Assembly: GCA_007224835.1 (NCBI GenBank)
Contig: SRMA01025500.1
Span: 85,870 to 149,869, forward strand
From: Danionella cerebrum
Taxonomy: Eukaryota
Direction of reading: 5' to 3'
Length of the DNA stretch: 64,000 nt
A program made the translations under genes and the position numbers. The notes beneath the pieces were generated by a model, which did not search any database, was not told where the DNA came from, and saw nothing but the letters and a program-made list of their open reading frames with translations. Numbering within the stretch: the stretch's first letter is position 1; every line of letters starts with the position of its first letter. Shown piece after piece: positions 50,160-62,249 of this stretch.

Positions 50160-50500
50160 CATTTGTACACAGTAAAATCCTAAGAGTTAAATTAACTCTA
50201 CTCAGAGTGTATTTGGTCCCACTCTATATAGAGTTAAACCAACTCTGAAGAAGAGTTATTTAAATAAGTCAATTTGAACTAAACAGTCTATTTTTGTCTG
50301 TTTTTACTCTTTCTGGAGTAGACTTGGTCCCTCACTGAATAGTTAATATTTTCCATGCAGATTTGGAAAAACATGAAGAAAATAGATTATTAAATTACTC
50401 TTTCTTAGAGTCGGTTTAACGCTATATAGAGTGGGACCAAATATACTCCGAGTAGAGTTAATTTAACTCTTGGGATTTTACTGTGTAAAGCCCCAGGATC
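50160..50500. mobile_element. MITE-like non-autonomous element with ~75-bp terminal inverted repeats, in the intron of CALHM-like copy 2
   Basis: Left arm cacagtaaaatcctaagagttaaattaactctactcagagtgtatttggtcccactctatatagagttaaacc (50170-50243) is the reverse complement of right arm ggtttaacgctatatagagtgggaccaaatatactccgagtagagttaatttaactcttgggattttactgtg (50413-50487). No coding capacity. Confidence 0.55.
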
Positions 50501-50756
50501 AGACCCAAGATGGGCTGCGCAAAAGCCCACCAGCAGCCACTGGGGTTGTATTGCAATATTAAAACATGACATAAAATTAGCAAGCTTTACAAAACAACCA
50601 TTTTATTAGCAATTTATAACGATTATGATTGGACAGTTACAAATAGAAATTATAAACATAAAGATGTAGAACTCTATGGAGCAACGTAACAAATGCATTT
50701 TACTTAAGTGGAATTCTCAAGAAAAAACACACTTGAAGTAAAAGCCGTGTGCTCAC

Positions 50757-51194
50757 CTGTGACCAGTTTTTGTAGACGGTGATGATGCTGTCTTCGTGTA
50801 GACTACGATTTGACTTGCATGGAATTTCACGCTGGTTTTCTATTTGTTTGGTCATGATACAAACGTAAAGGTCTCCGTCTAAAAGGACACATCCTAACCA
50901 GAACAAACTGATTCCAAAAAGCTGCACCAACTGAGGACACACACCGTAGCAGCATGTACCACTGACCTTCGTCCTGGTTTGATTCATCAGTTTTAAAATA
51001 AAAAACAATATTACAGGAACAAGTAGAACGTAGATGAACACAATCATGTGTACAGTTTCCACACAGGAGCAGGAAAACTGGGAGTTAAATATGTACTGAA
51101 AGATGTAAATCATCACAACAACCAGGAATAAATTGGCAGCCTGTGAGAGAACCATGCGCAGTTTGTTGGGAAGATCAGAGATGAAATGAGGCAT
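50757..51194 (-). CDS. CALHM/FAM26-like four-TM protein, copy 2, first coding exon (146 aa)
   Basis: ATG at 51192-51194 (revcomp) with A at -3. ORF ends at donor WSQ CAG|gtgagc. SQFSCSCVET (cf CPC motif), three hydrophobic helices, LLDGDLYVCIMTKQIENQ (cf CALHM1 LLDGKCFLCAF). Paralogous to 14717-15196. Confidence 0.6.
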
Positions 51195-54100
51195 TTTAGA
51201 TAGTCTGCTGAAACTCGTTTCCTCTCATGAAATCCAAAATGTGGCTCCAGATTCGAAACCCCTGTGCTTTTAAGCAGTTTGCTTTTACCACAGAAGTATC
51301 AGGTTCCCATTTGGAAGGCTGAAAGAGACCGCATTTGAGAAATCGCTTAAAAAACTGCTGTGTTTTTTAGTTTCAAAATCACTTGAAAGCCACACTTGTT
51401 TGTATATTATTGGAACAGTGCAATGAATTAACATAAACATGAAAAACACGACCATTGGGAGCTGGGACTTTCGGAGCTGGTGAAACCGTGTCACGTTCCT
51501 TGTCCTGGAACTATTTAGATTTCGCAATAAAATTGTGAGGTTTGAATTAAAAGTACTTTTTTTTAACTAACCCTTTATTCAAATTCACTGTCATCCCGGA
51601 CAATACTCTCTCATTCCAATCACACATTGATAATATCACAGGCACTGCTCACCTCAGAAATATTACCATCTCCTTCCTTCGCTCATTCCTCACACAGCCG
51701 CCAATCTCACGTCTTGACAACTGCATTTCTCTACTATGTGGTCTTCCTCAAAAAACTACTCCAAAAGCTGTTTTCTGCCCGGATCATCACCAAAACTCCC
51801 TCTATTCACCACATCTCCCCAGTCCTGCAACAGCTTCATTGGCTCCCCGTTCAGTCCAGTACAAACTCCTACTCATTACATTCAAATCCATCCGTAACCT
51901 GGCTCCCACTTATCTCACTGAACTTCTTCATGTCCCAACACACGCCGGCTCACTCAGGTGTTCCTCCTCGATCCACCTCACAGTTCAGCCACTCTGCTCC
52001 CCATCTATAGAACTCATGCCCCCCAGGCCTTCGAAGCATTGAAACTTTCAATTTTTAACTCCAAACTTAAGACGCATCTTTTTAAAATAGCACTCAATCA
52101 TGTCGTAGTCTTATTTGTATTATATTGTCTTTTTTTCTTGTTTGTTTATATGTTGCTTATTTTTAATTGTTCAACTCTGTACGGTACCCTTGAGTGTCGA
52201 GAAAGGCACCTTGAAATAAAATGTATTATTATTATTATTATTACTACTACTATTATTATTATTAATACCCTTGTTAAATATTATTGTTTATAAATGTATT
52301 TTTTCTACATTTTGTTTTCTATCCTGTCAAATCCAATTGCATACGAAGAACGATCCCCCAAAAATGAGATGTCGCGAATGTAACCAATCCAATAGAAATA
52401 GAAATTATTTTGCAAGAACAGATTGTTTACTTTCTTTTAACGTTTGGTAGATCATTGAATGTTTAATTATGTAGCAGTTATTCTTTCTTGTGATAGCACG
52501 TTAGAAGTAGTTGTAACTAAAAGCAACAAAATAGGCATGATACTTGTTTTGAATCATTTAAAAAAGTGTTCATAGTCTCTCCAGCATCACATGGGCCTTT
52601 CCCGGGGTCTCACCAATGGCTGGAACACCCCTAAAGGGGATCCAGCTTCAAGAAACACAGTAGTTTTTAGCAAATCTAGCAACTGAGATGTTAGTCTCTG
52701 ACGATTCTCAGCACAAAATGCTTGATTGGGATGTGAAAAACAACACATTAAAACATCTTTTAAGCATCTTCAATCAGAAACATTGTAAATTTAAAAAAAA
52801 AAGTGATGTTTAGAGGGCAGAAACTGAACTGAGCTGGAATTATGAAGTTCTTGCTCTCAAACCTCAAACTAACTCAGTTTAAATGAAAGAAAATCTTCAT
52901 GCTGCACCTGAACTGGATCGGAGTCAGTGGCCATTCCTCAGGTCCATCAGAATGTTCTGAAGCGATGACATCATGCTCTGCAGTTCTGTAGTGAGGTGGA
53001 GATTGAGGTGAGTGTCTGCTTTTTACATTCACTCTGAGAAACTTATTTTAAGTTTATAAAAGTTATTTTAATTTAATGTTGATTTAATTATTCACAGAGA
53101 TAATTGAGAATAGAAGAAGCTGAACACTTTGTGTTTCACTATATTAATCAAGTTTGAACAAATGACGATATCAGTTATGTAAATAATTTGTTTTTAAAGT
53201 GACACAAGTATGTTTTATCAGTTCACTATAGGCAAAGGGAAATATTTCAAGCATTTTTATGGACATAAACATAATAAAACATTTTTAACAACACGAAATG
53301 ATCTTAAGTTGTATCCTCAGTATTTTGTTGATCTCCTTTTGCACTTTTTTTTGCACAATTATAGCATTTTGCAGCAATATATATATTATACTATATATAT
53401 AGTACTTTTCTGAAACATCCATCTTTCCATTTTCCAACCTGCTTGGTACACCCTGGACAGGTCGCTAGTCAGTCGCAGGGCAACATTCACTCACACATTC
53501 ACAATGAGAGAATTTAGATTATTCATTTAGACCTAACCACACGTTTTTGGAATTGTGGGGAAACCGGTATACCTGGAGGAAACCCACGCAATCATGAGGA
53601 GAACATGCAAACTCCTTCCAGGAAGTTCACCGGCAACCTTCTAACTGTAATGCCACAGTGCTATCCACTGCGCCACCGTGCCCTAAAATAAAGGGGGCAT
53701 ATTATACAATATTTAAATAAAATATATATTTTTTTATGTTTTAGTTAGTTATAAATGAGAATTAAGAGTTTTCTGTGTGTCACTTGGGCTTGAAAGGGAC
53801 ATAAATAAAGTTCAAAGTGCTCAAAGAGTTCTGTGTGAGTTTCATCACTTCATAAACTAATGAATCCACCATAAACATGTAGAAATAACAACACGCTTCA
53901 TGCAGTTCGGTGCCAGTGTATGCTAACAAGCTCTCGTGAGATAAAGTTTGGATTTAAATTTCATGCAAATACTGTTGGGGTTTCAAATCAGGAATGTGTT
54001 TATCATTTCTAATGGTGTTTTGTTTTACATTATTAATTTCAGGTGTTTTGTGCTATGCTGGGTTGGTTAGCATAACCGCTAGTATTGCTTCGGCATCATA

Positions 54101-54639
54101 TATTAGGCAGAAATACTCAAATAAAAGTGGGTTATTGGGATTATTTCATTGTGATTCCCATTGGACATCGTCGATGCCTATATTGCCTGACATCGCCCAA
54201 CCCTTACGCCTATTACATAAACAACAGAAAACACTCTCTGCATTGTTCTTCAGTGGGAGGGTATGACACTAAAAGGTGCTTGGAATGTCAGAAAAGTTGA
54301 GTTTAATAAAGAGAAGGGAGATGAATGTGAAGCAGCTCTCACTGCTTTCTGAACTTTGTTGACGTTTCAAGGAAAGGGGAAGTACCTAAAAGGGAAATAG
54401 AAGATATCATTTGATGGCTCTCAGAGACCACAACTGCAAAATATGTTTTCCAGCATTTTTGTTAATCAAAGCAGTTTTGCAGAACAACAAGAAAGAACTT
54501 TCTCTCTTAAACCTGATGAAATCCTCTCAATTATAGAAATACTAATCTTAAACTGACATTTTACTGCAGCCTTTATACAGAGAATATACCCTGCGTTCTG
54601 CAGCTCGGGGATCTTTGGAGAAGAAGTTGCCAGGTGGTC

Positions 54640-54930
54640 CAGGTGGCCTAGTTGTGGCGGTCGTGGCCTAGTGGATCAGGTGATTGGAGATCAAAAGGTC
54701 GCCGGTTTGATCCCCAGGAGTTGAAGGTGGGATGAGTGTTGAAACTCTCTCCCTCCTGAGACAACCATTACTGTGGTGACCTTGAGCAAGACACCAGTTA
54801 CCACAGGACGCCGCAGCCATGGCTGCCCACTGCTCCCAGTGTGTGTTCATTCACTGCTGTGTGTGCACTTGGATGGGTTAAATGCAGAGCACAAATTCCT
54901 TGTATGGGTCACTCCATACTTGGTCGTAAC
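54640..54930 (+). mobile_element. tRNA-derived SINE (tRNA-like head ggtggcctagtgg..ggtttgatcccc, conserved core ..cacttggatgggttaaatgcagagcacaaattcc..)
   Basis: tRNA-like A/B-box region followed by the conserved cyprinid SINE body. Lies upstream of the vtcn1-like leader exon. Confidence 0.5.
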
Positions 54931-55504
54931 GTCACTTTCACTTGTCTTCATCTGCATGTTGTCTTCATCCACATCTCCATTCTCTGTATGGAATGTGACC
55001 TCGGACTGAACAGAAATTTGTTAAGTTGCCCTTTCAAGTTTATATTTGAGTACCCTTGTCATAGACTCTATCAAACAGTAATGTGGCGATTGGAATGTTG
55101 TAGCTGTATTTTTGTCTATTCAGTCAAATCCTTCTTCCCTCTCTGGAGGGAACACGTTTGATACCTGATAGTCAAGTACACCTGTGTTTGTTTGTGTGGA
55201 TGAAGAAAACTACTTGATGCAAGTCTAAGAGATTTGCCATTACACACCTCTACAAGGTAATATTGACTCAGGGAGGAGGTGCTGATGTCTTTCAGATGAA
55301 AGGAAAACTTGGAACAGGTCTGGGTGCATTATATAGTCTCAACACAGACCCCAGAGATGCTGAGATCCTCCATCAATTCACCAGAGAAGATCAGTTCTTC
55401 AGAATGGCTTCAATCGGACAAATAATTTTTGGAAGGTGGAAACATCGACAATTTCTAAAGCTGTGTGTTTAACCACTACTGAATGTTCCTTAAATGTTTG
55501 CAGT

Positions 55505-55568
55505 ATGATCTGTCTCATCGTAGTCATTTCTGGAATCCTCATTTTCATTTTGGCTGTTGCTTTTTCGG
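55505..55568 (+). CDS. vtcn1: B7-family (VTCN1/B7-H4-like) gene, signal-peptide exon
   Basis: ATG with A at -3. MICLIVVISGILIFILAVAFS hydrophobic leader. Donor G|gtgagt in phase 1, as typical for Ig-superfamily leader exons. Confidence 0.6.
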
Positions 55569-55633
55569 GTGAGTAGAAGCTTAACGGATCATTTTGCACT
55601 GCATTCAACATTTATTGCAATGTTTGTTTTCAG

Positions 55634-55993
55634 CATCTAAAGGGAACGTTGAGAGCACCACTCCATCTCTTCTGGGAGACCTTGAGGATGATGTCGTCCT
55701 CGATTGTAGGTTCATCGCTTCCAGTTCCAGTGGGCAGATGAGTGACGTGTCGGTGACTTGGCTGAAAGATGCTCTCAGTGGTGTGGTCTACGAATACAAG
55801 AACAAAGCCCCTCAGCTTCAGCAGCAGAACCCACAGTTCAAGAACAGGGCTCAACTGTTTCCAGAGGTTCTTTCAACTGGGAATGTGTCTTTACTGCTGA
55901 GAAACGTGAAACTGGAGGATGATGGCGTATATCATTGCGCTGTCGATGCCGCACAAGTAAAAGGCACTGCCAGCATTGACTTCAGAGTGGCAG
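55634..55993 (+). CDS. vtcn1: VTCN1/B7-H4-like IgV domain exon
   Basis: Acceptor gtttgttttcag, phase 1 in and out. ...VLDCRFIASSSSGQMSDVSVTWLKDALSGVVYEYKNKAPQLQQQNPQFKNRAQLFPEVLSTGNVSLLLRNVKLEDDGVYHCAV... parallels human B7-H4 ILSCTFEPDIKLSDIVIQWLKEGVLGLVHEFKEGKDELSEQDEMFRGRTAVFADQVIVGNASLRLKNVQLTDAGTYKCYI. Donor G|gtatat. Confidence 0.8.
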
Positions 55994-56429
55994 GTATATA
56001 TACCTTTAAACTGTGTAAATGTAGAATTATATAGTGTTTAAAATCAGATGAATGTTAAAATATCGGGAGGGGGTTTAGTGCAGGCTTTATTTTATTTACA
56101 AAAGGGTGCTCTGTGTCTTTCGTGGTGATCGGTGGTGAATGTGCTCATGATCTTCTGTGGCGGTTGAGGATTGGTGCTGGTGATCGGGATCCGTTCTCTT
56201 CTTCGTGGGGTAACCTATGTGCAGTTGTGAGGGAATCAGGTGGTCCAGGCTTAACGCAATCAGACATCAGTGGGCTCTTGGAGTACAATACTCTTTGTTG
56301 CTGTTCTCCTTTTATTCCCGTTCTACTGATGGAGTCAGGTGTGCCTGGGCCACGCTAATTGTGTTACCCAGGTGTGTGTTGTTTGGGAGAAGGAGAAAGC
56401 TGATATGAATGGACACTGTCACACTATGT

Positions 56430-57342
56430 AGGTACACTTGTGCTCATAAGTTTACATACCCTCGCAATTTTTTTTGCCCATTTTTTCTGAAAATTTTAAT
56501 GATAAAACTCGTAGCCGGTGGTTGGGTGAAGCCTTTTAATGTCAAACAGCTGTGTTTACTCTTTTAAAATCATAACGACAACAGAAACATTCCAAATGAC
56601 CCTGATAAAAAGTTTACACACCCCAGCTCGTACTGTTTGTACCCCTCTGCTTTTTGTATTCAACGAACATCTCTTGAGGTAGTTGTCAATGAGGTTCTTT
56701 ATCTTCTCTGTTGGTAAAGCAACCTCAGATTCTTGTAAATTCTTGCATGAACTGCACGTTTGAGTTCTCCTCAGAGTGGTTCAATGATATTGAGGTCAGG
56801 AGACTGAGATGGCCACTCCAGAACCTTCACGTTGTTCTGGTGTAACCTATTACACGTGGACCTGGTCTTGCGTTTTGGATAATTGTTGTGTTTGAATGTC
56901 CGGTAACGTCTCATGCGCTGCTTCTGGACTGTCGAGAGGAGATTTTCCTCTGGTATCCTTTGATAACATGCTGCATTCATCTTCCAATTAGATTCTTGTG
57001 CCTTTATGGTAACTCGACCAGTCAAACCACTTTTCTTTCTTTCTTTTTTTTTAATGATCAACTTGATTTTAATATGGAACAAGATAAACGAAAACACAAC
57101 AAAGTCATTTACAAGGCTACACCCAACACCCAATCAGCCCAAATGGACACCAACAAATTCACCCCAGGCCACCTCGAGAATCCTTGCAGCCACTAGTCAT
57201 CACCAACCCACTCCCGCAGCCACTGGTATCCACAGTGCTCACTATAAATAGGAAGGAAGGAAGGAAGGAAGGAAGGAAGGAAGGAAGGAAGGAAGGAAGG
57301 AAGGAAGGAAGGAAGGAAGGAAGGAAGGAAGGAAGGAAGAAA

Positions 57343-57431
<89 letters not shown>

Positions 57432-58170
57432 GGATGAATGGAAGGAAGGAAGGAAGGAAGGAAGGAAGGAAGGAAGGAAGGAAGGAAGGAAGGAAGGAAG
57501 AGTTGGGGGGAGAGGGTGAAGAAAGAGTTGAAAAACCACTTTTCTAAAAGTGTCTCCTCGTAGTGCTCCATGAAAGAGCCATGCCACAAGTTTTGAGAGG
57601 CCTGACTTCAGCTCAAGTTATTTGTGGGTTTTTCCTTGCATCGCTTACAGTTTTCTGGCAGTTATAGCAGATCTTTTGGTTGGTCTACCTGACTCTTGTT
57701 TGGTTTCAACAGAAACCCTCACTTCTTAATCAGAGTTCAATTCCCAGTTCCTTTGATATTTTTTCATATCTTGTTCCTGTTTTGTACCTTTTCCCGTAAA
57801 TCCTTTTACAGCTCTTTTACGTTCCCTGTCACCCAGAAATGTCAGTGCATCATGATGACAGAAGCAAGGGTCTATCAGGACCCAGAAACCTTTTCTGCGC
57901 AAATATAGATTATCAGCAAACAGATTGCAGAGGAGGAGAGTTCACTTTAGCAGCCATTCGAACCCTTTTGTGTCAGTTTTTGTGCATGTTATCGTGCCAA
58001 AATCACCAGTGTGTGTAAACCTTTGATTAAGGTTATTTGGAAAGTTTCATTGTTATTTATAAAGAGTTGTTGGTTTCACCCAACCACTAGCTTTCGCGTT
58101 ATCATTCATATTTTCTGAAAAATGGAAAAGAAATCAGAAAATTTGCCAGGGTGTTAAACTTTTGAGCACA
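56430..58170 (-). mobile_element. Tc1-like transposon in vtcn1-like intron, interrupted by a (GGAA)n/(GAAA)n tract
   Basis: Ends cacttgtgctcataagtttacataccc (56440) and ccagggtgttaaacttttgagcacaactg (58140). Minus ORF 56771-57133 contains NNVKVLEWPSQSPDLNIIEPL (transposase). Confidence 0.6.
57248..57520. repeat. Long (GGAA)n-(GAAA)n-(GGAA)n compound microsatellite
   Basis: About 270 bp of ggaaggaagg... then gaaagaaaga... then ggaaggaa. Gives rise to spurious KEGRKEGRK / FLPSFLPS ORFs on both strands. Confidence 0.95.
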
Positions 58171-58759
58171 ACTGTATGTGGTGGTAGTTAATATATAATA
58201 TTTAAGTAGGAATTTAGAAATCTGAGCTTTTATTTATATACCACCACATTCATTTACATGAAACTTTTAAGAAAATATGGTCTAAAGTGAGGGTTTTCAG
58301 AAATAAGGGTTCAGTGCTGGCAGCAACAATGTCATTTTCAGCTTGTCTGGAGCCAGTAACCCTTTTAAGTATAATTATAGTCCAAGAGGACTGCAGAGTT
58401 AGAATTAAATCAGTCTCTTTTGGACTCCTACTTCAGAGATTTGGGTACTTGGGTACAAGGTAAACAAAAATAAACGTGGATGTTGGCGGTAAAACGTAGC
58501 CTTACATGTTCAGACATCTGTCAGGTAGATAAAAACCTTCAAATAATGAGAAGGGATACACAAAAATAAATCAGATTCACAAATATCTTTTCAAGAGTCA
58601 CAAAAATACCCCATAGACATACTGCTCCTCCTTTTGATGCATAACAGGAAGTGACTGATCTAGAAGCGTGATACCCCTATGGTTTTCTTTCAAGGAAGAG
58701 ATAAAGGATTTAGGTTGTGTTTCAGAAAACTGCCTATTATTAATTGTGTCTATGTGCAG

Positions 58760-59014
58760 CATATTCAGCTCCAACATTCACTGCAGCTAACGGGTCCCTG
58801 TGTGCTAAGGCTAAGAGATGGTTTCCGCAGCCCGAGGTTCTGTGGTTCAATGAGAATGGACAGATTCTAAACAGCAGCACCAGTTTTATCAATAAAAATG
58901 CAGGAATTGTACAAGTGACCAGCGTCCTTCAAGAGCAGTTGCAGCAGAATTTCTCATACACCTGCAAGATCCAGAACGCTCTTGTGACTGGGATCTCAGA
59001 AGCTACTGTCACAG
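58760..59014 (+). CDS. vtcn1: VTCN1/B7-H4-like IgC domain exon
   Basis: Acceptor tgtctatgtgcag, phase 1/1. ...SLCAKAKRWFPQPEVLWFNENGQ...NFSYTCKIQNALVTGISEATVT matches B7-H4 LRCEAPRWFPQPTVVWASQVDQG...NTYSCMIENDIAKATGDIKVT. Donor G|gtaaaa. Confidence 0.8.
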
Positions 59015-59139
59015 GTAAAATAGAAATGCTTTCGGGATACGAAGTGAGAAAACTATTTTACAGAGGGTATGTAAGCATCAATCTGTCATTTATTAAGCCT
59101 AAAAGGAAATTCAGTTCCATACATTGGAAGCGCAGCATA

Positions 59140-60330
59140 AACATACAAGTCCTTCTCAAAAAATGTGAATATTGTGATAAAAAGTTCATTATTTTCTGTC
59201 GATAAACATTAGACTTCCATATATTTCAGATTCATTTATACACAACTGAAGTAGTTCAAGCCTTTCATTGTTTTAATATTGATGATTTTGGCACACAGCT
59301 CATGAAAACCCAAAAAGTCTAAAAAAATTATCATATCATGAAAATGCTCACTAAACGAGCTATTAAACTAATCATCTGAATCAACTAACGAATCGGCTGT
59401 TCCCAGAGTGCTGTATCAAGACATCTCAGTGGGAAGGAAAAGTGTGGCAGAAAACGTATATGATGTATAAGAAAACCCTGAGGAAGATTGTGGAGAAGGA
59501 GAGATTCCAGACATTGGGGGACATGCGGGAGCAGTGGACTGAGTCTGGAGTAGAAACATCCAGAGCCACCGTGTACAGGCGTGTGCAGGAAATGGGCTAC
59601 AGGTGCCGCATTCCCCAGGTCAAGCCACTTTTGAACCAGAAACAGCGGCAGAAGCGCCTGACCTGGACTGCTGGTGTTGGTCCACTGTGTTTTATCAAGG
59701 GCGGGGTCAATGCCGCGAGCTATCTGGAGATTTTGGAGCACTTCATGCTTCCATCTGCTGAAAAGCTTTATGGAGTTTAAGATTTCATTTTTCAACCTGA
59801 CTGGCACACCCGCTTACAGTGCCAAAACCACTGGTAAATGGTTTTTTGACCATGGTATTACTGGTGCTCAACTCTCCTGACCTGAACCCCATATAGAATT
59901 TGTGGGATATTGTGAAGAGAAAGTTGAGAGACTCAAGATCCCAACACTCTGGAGGAGCTTAAGGTTGTTACTGAAGCTTCCTGGGCCTCCAGAACACCTC
60001 AGCAGTGCCACGGGCGGATTACCTCCATGCCACACCGCATCGAAGCAGTCATTTCTCCAAAAGGATTCCTGAACAAGTATTGAGGGCGTAACTGAACAGA
60101 ATTATTTGAAGATTGACTTTTTCTTGTATAAAAAACACTTAGTCGGAAGAAATATGCTAATTTTTAAAGATTTTTTTTGGAAGTTTGAGTTTTCATGAGC
60201 CAAAATCACCAATATTAAATCAATAAAAGGCTTGAACTACTTCAGTTGTGTGTAAATGAATCTAAAATATATGAAAGTCTAATGTTTATCAGTACAGAGG
60301 TATGGAAATGTCCAGAGGACCAAATGGAGA
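59140..60330 (+). mobile_element. Tc1-like transposon with recognisable terminal inverted repeats and a transposase pseudogene
   Basis: Left end ...catttatacacaactgaagtagttcaagcctttcattgttttaatattgatgattttggc... is the inverted complement of the right end ...gccaaaatcaccaatattaaatcaataaaaggcttgaactacttcagttgtgtgtaaatg. Internal ORF 59442-59780 has a Tc1 transposase middle part, then frameshifts. Confidence 0.65.
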
Positions 60331-60885
60331 ATTGTCAATTTAGAAATTGGCAACTGACTGGAAGGTCAACCAGAGCCACACCAGTCACATAGACTTTTTG
60401 CTCTTAAACAGTCTTTAAACTCTACTCTCTCCAGTTCAATTAACGTTTGCAAAGTTTGCTTAAATTTGGTCTTTTCTCTAACAAAATTCACTATACAAGC
60501 TATAAGTTCTGAAAAAAAATGCATAGGGTGAATTTAAAAACGTTAATCATTTAAAAGTGTGATCTTTAAATAAGGCCAAGTCTGTGTTTCTGTGCCAGCA
60601 CATAAGGAAGGCTTTTCAATTAGACTAGGAAAACGAGCAAAAAACCCAGAGTGTGAAGTGTTTTCCAGAAGCACTCGGATGAATTTAAGTTTAACTGGAG
60701 ATACCCACAATCACAATATTTACCCAGACAAACACCAATTGTTGACTCGTTCCGATCTGATTAAACAAATGCAATATCAACCCACCAGGACAAACATACA
60801 CGATGTAAAACATGAAGATCAAATAAGCAGCATACATACTATACCTTCTGTCATAAAATATTGTGTTTTTCTTACTATTCCTCAG

Positions 60886-60995
60886 CAAACAATGTGACGC
60901 AGAAGACATACTTCGAATTCAGTGATGCCTCTGCAAACATGCCATCACCAGGACTTGTGCTCACATTCCTCTTCAGTCTCTCTGCGCTCCAGTAG
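60886..60995 (+). CDS. vtcn1: VTCN1/B7-H4-like terminal exon with GPI-anchor-like hydrophobic C-terminus and stop
   Basis: Acceptor cttactattcctcag in the correct phase 1. Encodes ANNVTQKTYFEFSDASANMPSPGLVLTFLFSLSALQ*, small residues followed by a hydrophobic tail, resembling the human B7-H4 C-terminus LCVSSFFAISWALLPLSPYLMLK. First in-phase exon downstream of the IgC exon. Other small exons not excluded. Confidence 0.45.
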
Positions 60996-61470
60996 ACACA
61001 TGTCCTCATGTACTCCACGACCTCTTTTTATCAGCTCTTCTTAGACTTGTACTCATAAGTTTACATAACCTGTAGATTTTTTTTTTATTATTTCTGAGAC
61101 ATTTTTCACAAAATTATACAATAACACCATTTGCCACTCATACGGTGAAGCCATTTGTTGTCAAACAACTGTTTTTAACTCTTTTTAAATATCATCAAAC
61201 CACTGTTAGGAAAACTCAAACGTGCATTTCATGCAAGACAGCCAAATAATTGACAACAGTTGGAGGCTTTTTTCCATGAAGAAAGGTCTGCTTTACCAAC
61301 AGAGAGGAATAAAGAACCTCATAGACAACTACCTCAAGAGACTTCAGGCTCTCGTTGATGGTAAAGGGTGAATACAACATATTAAAAGCTGGGGTATGTA
61401 AACTTTTGGTCTGGGTAATTTGGAAAGAGTAAAGTTGTGTGAAAATCAATGGCTTCCCACAACCGATAAC
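60990..61470 (-). mobile_element. Tc1-like transposon fragment
   Basis: cttgtactcataagtttacataacc and ggggtatgtaaacttttggtctggg end motifs of the same family as 25030-26360 and 56430-58170. Confidence 0.45.
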
Positions 61471-62189
61471 CATCTTTTACATTAATATTCATATATTCTG
61501 AAAAATATTAAAACTTGACACCACAATATTTTTGAAAACTGAAATTTTACTATTATATTTGATGAACCAAGATGACTATTATTTTGTTTTGCAATATGAC
61601 AAAATGTTTAAAATTAAATTGATTGTTTTGTTGTCACAAACGTTTCATTAGTCAATATTTTATGATCATAGTCATACCATTTTAAGCCCCTGCAAATCTT
61701 TATTCCCTTCTGATCTTTTTGTTCTAATTGTTTTTTAAGCATCAGAAAATGTGACTTTTTATATTTTACTTTGCTTTTGGCTTTTTTTATTTAATAAAGT
61801 ATGATACAAAAAGAAATCATTGTGCTCACCCAGCTCTGTTTTAATCCTATGCACACCTGTGGTTAATTAAATACAGATTTTCTTTTGCTTTAAAGCTTGC
61901 CTTGCTGGTGGAATTACATATTAAATATAATAAAAAATGCAACATTTTGGTATATGCAAATATAATAAATCTAAGTAAGATAATGTAAGATAAATTTCCC
62001 TAAATAACTTTAAATAACTATAAATAAATTTATAGTTGCCCCTAGGAAACATTTATAGACATAAATATAAATATATACATATACATATAGACATTAAACA
62101 TAAATATTTTTTAACTTGTCTAACTGTCTTTGTAAATTAATTTAGGTGGCTTTTATGTAGTTTTCTCACTGTTTACGCCGTAATGTTTG

Positions 62190-62207
62190 TGTAACGATTC
62201 TATTAAA

Positions 62208-62249
<42 letters not shown>

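Noticed and set aside
57159-57589. Overlapping ORFs encoding FLPSFLPS... and KEGRKEGRK...
   Set aside because: Pure translation of the (GGAA)n/(GAAA)n microsatellite.
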